From Octopus sinensis (Eukaryota), in NCBI RefSeq assembly GCF_006345805.1, contig NW_021835139.1, forward strand, positions 1 through 42,979: 42,979 nt of DNA, in the 5' to 3' direction. This document shows, in pieces, positions 35,236 to 42,979 of the stretch; the stretch's first letter is position 1, and every line of letters starts with the position of its first letter. Under the pieces are notes generated by a model. That model ran no database searches. It saw only the letters and a program-made list of their open reading frames with translations, and was not told the DNA's origin. The translations under genes and the position numbers were made by a program.

Positions 35236-35488
35236 TCTTCTTAACCACATAACCAATCTTAAACAAAAATCCTTGACCAGGCTATGTTTAGAGATACCGA
35301 CACGTGGTTAAACAAGCGTTGCCTAAATACACCGTTTACAATCCTTGAAGTTTATTTACCCTCAGGTAAGCCTTTATCAAGCTGACGTATGACCAAAAGA
35401 CATTCAGGCCTTCACAATTCAGTGATATTTTAATTATTTTTCTTTTATACAATAGTGATGTCTCAGCATAGTCACGGCTCAAAGGCTA

Positions 35489-36182
35489 TTAGGTTGTCAG
35501 ATAAATTCGTTCGTTGTGTTTTTGCTGGGGGTCGGTTGTTTGAGGAAGGGTCCATTTACTTTAACCCTTTCCGGTGTTATTTGAATTAACAAGAAAAATA
35601 TTTTTATCGCAGCGTTTTATAGTTTTTTTTCAGCGCTGTTGTTGTTCTTCTACAAATTTTGATTATCGTTTTTGAAATTTGAATAAATTTTACCTGTTTT
35701 AAGACATATATAGGAGTGGCTGTGTGGTAAGTAGCTTGCTAACCAACCACATGGTTGCGGGTTCAGTCCTACTGCGTGGCATCTTGGGCAAGTGTCTTCT
35801 GCTATAGCCCCGGGCCGACCAATACCTTGTGAGTGGATTTGGTAGACGGAAACTGAAAGAAGCCTGTCGTATATATGTATATATATATATATATGTATGT
35901 GTGTGTTTGTGTGTCTGTGTTTGTCCCCCTAGCATTACTTGACAACCGATGCAGGTGTGTTTACGTACCCGTCACTTAGCGGTTCGGCAAAAGAGACTGA
36001 TAGAATAAGTACTGGGCTTACAAAGAATAAGTCCCGGGGTCGATTTGCTCGACTAAAGGCGGTGCTCCAGCATGGCCGCAGTCAAATGACTGAAACAAGT
36101 AAAAGAGTAAAGAGTAAAGAGTATATAACGATGGCATGCCACACAGAAAAAAAAAAACGAATGATTTTATCTGACACCCTAA
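35489..36182. mobile_element. Tc1/mariner-type MITE, TA-flanked, interrupted by an E SINE
   Basis: TIRs ttaggttgtcagataaattcgttcg / cgaatgattttatctgacaccctaa; TA at 35487-88 and 36183-84. Confidence 0.7.
35712..36122 (+). mobile_element. SINE family E, full length, well preserved
   Basis: Complete head, core, internal microsatellite, 3' half and (GTAAAGA)n tail. Confidence 0.93.
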
Positions 36183-36189
36183 TACACGG

Positions 36190-36430
36190 TATCTTTCTTT
36201 TCCTTTCCGGTGTTATTTGAATTAACACAAAAAATATTTTCATCGAAGTGTTTTAACTTACGTTTTGGTTTTTGTGAGGGTTGTGAGTGGTTAGCTCTAT
36301 TCTTCTATACACCTTTTGTTCATTATTTTTGAAATTTGAATAAATCTTACCTCTTTTCAGACTTACGACGAAGGAATGCCAGGTAGAACAAAAAAAAAAT
36401 CATAAACGAACGAATTTATATAACAACACA
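36190..36430. mobile_element. Second, truncated copy of the same MITE
   Basis: ttccggtgttatttgaattaac and ttttgaaatttgaataaat shared with 35570-35700; right TIR aaacgaacgaatttatataacaac. Confidence 0.65.
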
Positions 36431-36454
36431 AGACAATGTTTTTTCTCTTTCTAA

Positions 36455-36872
36455 GGCGGCGAGCAGGCAGAAACGTTAGCACGCCGGGTGAAATGCTTAG
36501 TGGTATTTCGTCTGCCGCTACGTTCTGAGTTCAAATTCCGCCGAGGTCGACTTTGCCTTTCATCCTTTCGGGGACGATAAATAAAGTACCAGTTACGCAC
36601 TGGGGTCGATGTAATCGACTTAATCCGTGTGAGTCCGTCCTTGTTTGTCCCCTCTGTATTTAGCCCCTTGTGGGTAGTAAAGAAATAGGTATTTCGTTTG
36701 CCGCTACGTTCAAGTTCAAATTCCGCCGAGGTCGACTTTGCCTTTCATCCTTTCGGGGTCGATAAATTAAGTACCAGTTAAGCACTGGAGTCGATATAAT
36801 CGACTTAATCCGTTTTTCTGTCCTTGTTTGTCCCCTCTATGTTTAGTCCCTTCTGGGCAATAAAGAAATAAG
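36455..36872 (+). mobile_element. SINE family D, two-body concatemer
   Basis: Head ggcggcgagcaggcagaaacgttagc; junction gtaaagaaataggtatttcg at about 36677-36697. Confidence 0.93.
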
Positions 36873-37054
36873 AAACTATATGGAGGTCCGTCATGTGTAT
36901 GTGTGTGTGTATATATATATATATATATCCCCTATTACAGCTTGACAACCGGTGCTGGATTGTTTATGCTCCATTAACATAGCGGTTCGACGTAAGAGGC
37001 TCGGTGTAAGAATATGTATCATACCTCAATATGTGTGTGTGGAAGAGGCCACTC

Positions 37055-37465
37055 GATTAGATCGACCCTAGTACTGCAACTACTACTTAATTTATCGACC
37101 TCGAAAGAATGAAAGGCAAAGTCGACCTCGGCGGAATTTGAACTCAGAACGTAAAGACATACGAAATATTACAAAGCGTTTCGCCCGGCATGCTAACGTC
37201 TCTGTCAGTTCACTGCCTTTTAAATAACATAGATAATACCTATTTCTTTACTAGCCACAAGGAGCTAAACACAGAGAGGATAAACAAGGACAGACAAACG
37301 GATTAAGTCAATTATATCGACCCCAGTGCATAACTGGTACTTAGTTAATCGACCCCGAAATGATGAAAGGCTATGTCGACCTCGGCGGAATTTGAACGTA
37401 AAGACATACGAAATATCACTAAGCATTTCGCCCGGCGTGCTAACGTCTCCGCCAGCTCACTGCCT
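37055..37465 (-). mobile_element. Two adjacent family D copies (37055-37225 and 37238-37465)
   Basis: Homology to family D; alpha tail at 37238-37310. Confidence 0.85.
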
Positions 37466-37879
37466 TATGAACAGCATAAATAATACCGTAAGACTCCGCT
37501 TTGTCAACAGCAACATAATACCCCCAGTGTAAACATTTCATAAAGGTAATAGATTGGTTTACCGTGATGAGAAGAGTTCTGTTGATCAAATTTACTTGTT
37601 TTCGCGGAAGTTTTCGGAGTGTAAATCCTGTTTATCAAAATGCTGACAATTGCACAGAAAGGCTTGTTTTATTTTCACGGTTCGTTGACCAAGCTCTGTT
37701 TTCGTCACTTCCGAAATAATTTTTGTATCAGTTTGTATGAATGTGCTTTGGTTCTTAAATTGTATATAAAGACGTTTTATTTTTTCTTTCTTTCTTTTTT
37801 TTTTGTTACGATTCGTTGGTCATCCGCTCTGTTTATTGCATTTTTTAATGCTTGAGTGGTTTTTCAGAGTATATATCAT

Positions 37880-38466
<587 letters not shown>

Positions 38467-38504
38467 TAGCATGCAGTGACCGTCTCATAGAGAAAGGTTT
38501 GTTG

Positions 38505-38668
38505 TTTTCTCACTCCATCTTTTCTTTTCTCGTCTAGTCTTTCTATAGAAGAGCGTATGCTCGAAACCTAAAATATATTTCCTTCTATTTTCCCTAAGCG
38601 TTAAACTAATACACTCACTCCATTTATTTGTTTTACCTCGTCTTCGTACTGTTCATAATTCCCATCAT
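38505..38668 (+). repeat. Family F short element with degenerate HHR-like core (38540-38573)
   Basis: TTT-CTATAGA-A-GAGC-gtat-GCTC-GAA-ACCT-A-AAA; downstream aagcgttaaactaatacact similar to the 28.0-kb copy. Confidence 0.65.
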
Positions 38669-39484
38669 GAGTATATGTGTGTGGGTGTGTGGGTGTGGGT
38701 GGGTGTACGCGTGTGTATGTATATAAGGAGAGGAAGAAAAATAGAGGGGTAGGAAGTTTCATCTCTTCTAATAACATACAAATTCTTTCGGTTAATATCA
38801 GTTAAATCTTTCTGAAAGTAGATTATTCCCATTTTAAAAAGATATCAGATCAGTGAGGGAGATTCCGTGGTCACTCGACTAGCTAGAATTAGCAACTAAT
38901 TACCCTTCAAACCGCGTTCTGCCGTCAATTTTTTTTTTTTTTTTTTTTTTTTAGAAATAAAGAGATAAAGGACTCATTATATAAGGCAGTTCTGGACATG
39001 CCATGCTTTAAAAAATTCAGTATATGGGCAATACTGGAACATTTTTTGTAATAGATGTAATCAGAAAGGATTGATAAGGGAGACGGTGACAAACAATAAC
39101 ACCAGCAACAACAAAACAGTAACATCAACAACAACATTAACACCCATATTGCAGTGTAATTAACGAGTATTACATTAGCCAGATTAGATAGTGTCAAGCT
39201 ACAGTAACTCCCATGGGTACGGCTTGAAGAGAGATTGACTTTTTGCTTAGATTATAAATTACACATCGTGAAGCTGCGGTACGCGGTAATATAGCCCATA
39301 TATCTTTATCTAGACATCTAAATGATTTGACGTTGATCACATGCTAACACATTGCTGCCTGAGTTTTTAATTGGTTTGTCGCCAAGCTGTTTCTAAATTG
39401 TTGGTCAACCAGCCTATCACGGCGCGGTGCCACACTAACGCAATAGTTCCCTTGATTGATCTTTATTTAATATTTAATTACAAA

Positions 39485-39870
39485 GATGGCGGCGAGCTAG
39501 TAGAATCGTAGAAATTTCTACAGCGCCGGAGAAAGTGTTTTTACCGCTTTTCTTCCGGCTCTTTACGATCTGAGTTCAAATACTGCCGAGGTCGACTTCC
39601 TTTCATTCTTTCGGTATCGATAAAATAAGTAGCAGTTATGTACAGGGGTCGAAGTAATCGACTTAATCTCCTCCCCCGAAATTTACTCTTTTTTTCTCTT
39701 TTACTCTTTTATTTGTTTCAGTCATTTGACACCGCCATATTTGTTTCAGTCATTTGACACCGCCATTAGTCGAGCAAATCGACCCCAGAATTTATTCTTT
39801 GTAAGCCTAGTACTTATTCTATCAGTCTCTTTTGCCAAACTGCTAAGTTATGGGGACGTAAACACACATA
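39485..39870. mobile_element. Degenerate D SINE (plus, 39485-39680) followed by an E 3' half (minus, 39695-39870)
   Basis: ggcggcgagctag...gaggtcgact...gtcgaagtaatcgac, then tttcagtcatttgac...gacgtaaacac. Confidence 0.8.
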
Positions 39871-40419
39871 TTTCGGTTCTTGAAAAAAACGAACCTTATC
39901 AAAAATATTTTAAAAAGTAAAGTGTAATAGAAAAGTTCATAATTTTTTCTTACTCGTCTCAATAGAATCCATGTGGTGGTGTTTTGTCGGTAGTAGGTAT
40001 AATAGTTATAAATTTCAAGTTGAGTGTTGTAAAGAAGTTCATTATTGTTTCTTGCTGGTATCAACGGAATCCACGTGGTTGTTTTTTTAGCTTTCTTGTG
40101 CTAGAATGACCCGCGACTGAAATGGTAGCAGCAGTAGTGACTGTTGGTTGTAGTAGTAGTAACCGTGGTGGTGGTTGGGGTTGCAGCAGCTCAGCTGTGG
40201 CAGTCTTAGTCGCAGTATAATATAGTGGCGTTTTCAAACTTCTTTTTACCAAATAGATATATACCCACTCGTACACGATCTACTCTTATTATATACATAT
40301 ATATATATAATATTATATATATATATATATATATATAATATATTTATATATATATATATATATATATACATAAATCATAACATATATATATATATTATAT
40401 ATATACATATATATATATA

Positions 40420-40578
40420 CGACGGACTTCTTCCAGTTTCCGTCTACCAAATCTACTCACAAGGCTTTGGTTGGCCCGAGGCTATATAGAAGACACTTGC
40501 CCAAGGTGCCACGCAGTGGGAATGAACCCGGAACCATATGGTTCGTAAGGAAGATACTTACCATACAGCTACTCCTCA
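40420..40578 (-). mobile_element. SINE family E, 5' half
   Basis: gacggacttcttccagtttccgtctacc...cttgcccaaggtgccacgcagtggg...cagctactcc. Confidence 0.88.
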
Positions 40579-40624
40579 CTTTGTGCCGAAATTCGAAACC
40601 AATATTTAATTACAAAGATAGCGA

Positions 40625-41020
40625 CTGGCTGGTAAAATTGTAGAATCGTTACATTACCGGACAGAGTGCTTTATGCGCTTCTTCCGGCTCATTGCGTTCT
40701 GATTTCAAATTCCACCGAGGTTGACTTTGGCTTTGATCCTTTCGACGTTGATAAAATGACTGTCAGTCACAGTACTGCAGTCGATGTAATCGACTTCCCC
40801 TCCCCTCAAAACTGTGCCCCTGTGTCCACATTAAAAAAATATGTTTAATTACCATGGAATGAGTGGTGGATGGACTGGAAGATAGACAGTTGAGCAAAAT
40901 GGCCTGCGATTATTTATTTACGGCCCCTTACGTTCTGAGATCAAACACGCGCCGAGGTCAACGCTGATTTATAAATCTTTCCAGGGTTGATAAAATAATT
41001 GACTATACCCCTTTCTCGAA
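40625..41020 (+). mobile_element. Two degenerate family D copies (40625-40830 and 40865-41020)
   Basis: ttcaaattccaccgaggttgactttgg...gtcgatgtaatcgac; gccgaggtcaac...gttgataaaat. Confidence 0.65.
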
Positions 41021-41067
41021 CTAGTATCCTATGCCACTGATAGAAATTAATATTATATGCATGGGCA

Positions 41068-41570
41068 AGGTGGAGAGCTGGCAGAATCGTTAGCACGCCA
41101 GACAAAATGCTTTATCGGCATCTGCACGTTCTAAGTTCAAATTCCGCCGAGATCGACTTTACCTTTTATTGTTGTTTGTTCCTTCTCGAGCCATCCCTGG
41201 CTCATAAGGGCCGGTTTCCCGGTTTCCTTGGCGTATAGTTTCCCCACCTGGACGGGACGCCGGTCCACCGCAGGTGAGCTGCGAGATGCAGGAGGAAAGA
41301 GTGAGAGAAAGTTGTGGCGAAAGAATCAGCAGAAGTTCACCATTACTTTCTGCCGAAGCCGCGTGGAGCTTAGGTGTTTCGCTCATAAACACACACATCG
41401 CCCAGTCTAGGATTCGAACCCGCGATCCCTCGACCGCGTGTCTTCTGCTCTAACCACTTTTATCCTTTAGGGAGCCATAAAATGAGTGCTTGTTGAGTAC
41501 TGGGGGTCGATGTAACCAACTTAACCCCTTCCTCGAAGCTGCTGGTCTTGTGTCAAGATTTGAAACCAGA
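41068..41570 (+). mobile_element. Family D SINE split by an A-type SINE insertion
   Basis: Left part ends cgactttacctttt; right part resumes atcctttaggg...ggggtcgatgtaacc. Confidence 0.8.
41170..41458 (-). mobile_element. tRNA-derived SINE, A-type head/core with tail 3; 5'-truncated, 7-bp TSD
   Basis: TSD cttttat at 41163-69 and 41457-63; tail contains ggaccggcgtcccgtccagg...gaaaccgg (Deu/Nin-like from memory) and ends in (AAC)n. Confidence 0.85.
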
Positions 41571-42979
41571 ATTTTATTATAATAACGGTAAAATCTAGAG
41601 ACTTTGACGATCATTGGTGATCGCCATGATGATGCTTAGGAGAATATTACTACGACAATCGAAAGCCGTGTCGCCTGTAAGCCGTATAGCCATGCTAACC
41701 ACTACACCAAGGTGACATGGTAACTCTGACCATCCAAATTAGAAGATTTTCGCTTAACATGTTAGGACTACATATACCAGCAGCCTATCGACTGGGAATT
41801 CACTTCACACACAATATTAAAGGAGAAACTATTAGGTGTGGTGTGGATCATCACTTGGCACACGTAGCTTTTGTTCTGTGTGTGCAAGCGAATGTCCTTT
41901 GTTTTCCAGTATTTCCTTTGCTATTTTTTATAGGTTATGCTCACAGTCGTATTTACTTACAGTTGCGTCTATACATCCATCCTTCCTCTCTTTCCTTTTT
42001 CTGGTGATGGCAGCAGCGGCAATGACGACCGCAGTGGTAAAGGTACTTCCGTTCTGCTATTATTTTTTAGCCCCCAGACCAATCTATACTGAGCAGAACT
42101 ATGATCTATGATCAAAGGCGTTCCAGTTATGATCATCCTTTTTGTTTTTCGTTTTTCCTTGTTTTCAGACAATTTATCTAGAGTACATTATCAAATGCAT
42201 CCGACTTCTTTCTTTTTTTAATACAGTAACGTATGTTTTATTTAAATGAGATTTAACTACTATTTCGAGCATGTTCATCGCCCCAACAAACTAGAAATGG
42301 ATTCTTTCTAAGACAAACTCATTGTGTTCCTCCTATAGATAAAAAAAAAGCAGAAAAAGATCGAAATTATCATTGAATTCTAAAGACTCTGAACGGCCTC
42401 ATAGGTTTGCTACGAATAGCAACATTAGTTCTTATTTCTTTTAAAAAAAAATACAGAAAATATCTTTAATGTGTATTTCTCTAAGGATATCATCACCGAC
42501 ACTGATGAGAATAACCAAATCAGAGCCTTTGGTAATATACGTAAAAATTATTATATTATCATCAAGTATAACAATATGCATCGAATGCGGAAGGGTGTTT
42601 TCATTGGCATGTGTGTTCAGAAATAGCAAGCTACACGTCACAGTTTCACATACACATACAGGCATATACACCTTTATTCCCTACAACTTATATATAATAA
42701 TAAAAGAAAAGGCTTTCTGTAATCCGATATTTTATTTTACTCTCTATTTTTTTTCTTCGTGTGAGAGTGGCGACAGTCTCCCCCAAAGAACAATATGGCT
42801 GACACCCTCTCTAATCGGCGCTGTGTATATACCGACAGACATTGTTGTAGAGTTACTACAGATATCGCCGTCATATATATAGTTTCTGTGAATCATGAAA
42901 CGCTAAGATACAGCAATTTCACCTCGTAATTTCGAAAAGATAACCACAAATTATCTTCGACATTCTTCCAAAATCAGGA

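Overview
AT-rich, microsatellite-saturated eukaryotic non-coding DNA. The SINE and repeat landscape looks like an octopus (coleoid cephalopod) genome; this is inference from repeat style, not a database match. No host protein-coding gene can be assigned with confidence: nearly all listed ORFs are translations of simple repeats, and only a few weak exon candidates remain. Recognisable content: (i) about 30 copies or fragments of tRNA-headed SINEs, which I label A-type (shared head, different tails), family D (often concatemeric) and family E (bipartite, with an internal microsatellite); (ii) a heavily decayed, nearly full-length Penelope-like retroelement (~12.95-15.23 kb, minus strand) interrupted by a MITE, a SINE and a Helitron; (iii) RTE and Dong/R4-like LINE relics, two non-autonomous Helitrons, a Tigger deletion derivative and several MITEs; (iv) a ~911-bp tandem duplication with a chimeric SINE at the junction, and a 3x183-bp triplication; (v) a possible decayed rhodopsin-type GPCR fragment. 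The most notable signal is a set of type I hammerhead-ribozyme (HHR) motifs in at least four unrelated short elements next to (TA)n tracts. One of them (6212-6262) has a G3-C8 covariant core and intact stems. All protein similarities come from hand translation and remembered consensus motifs and need confirmation by search.
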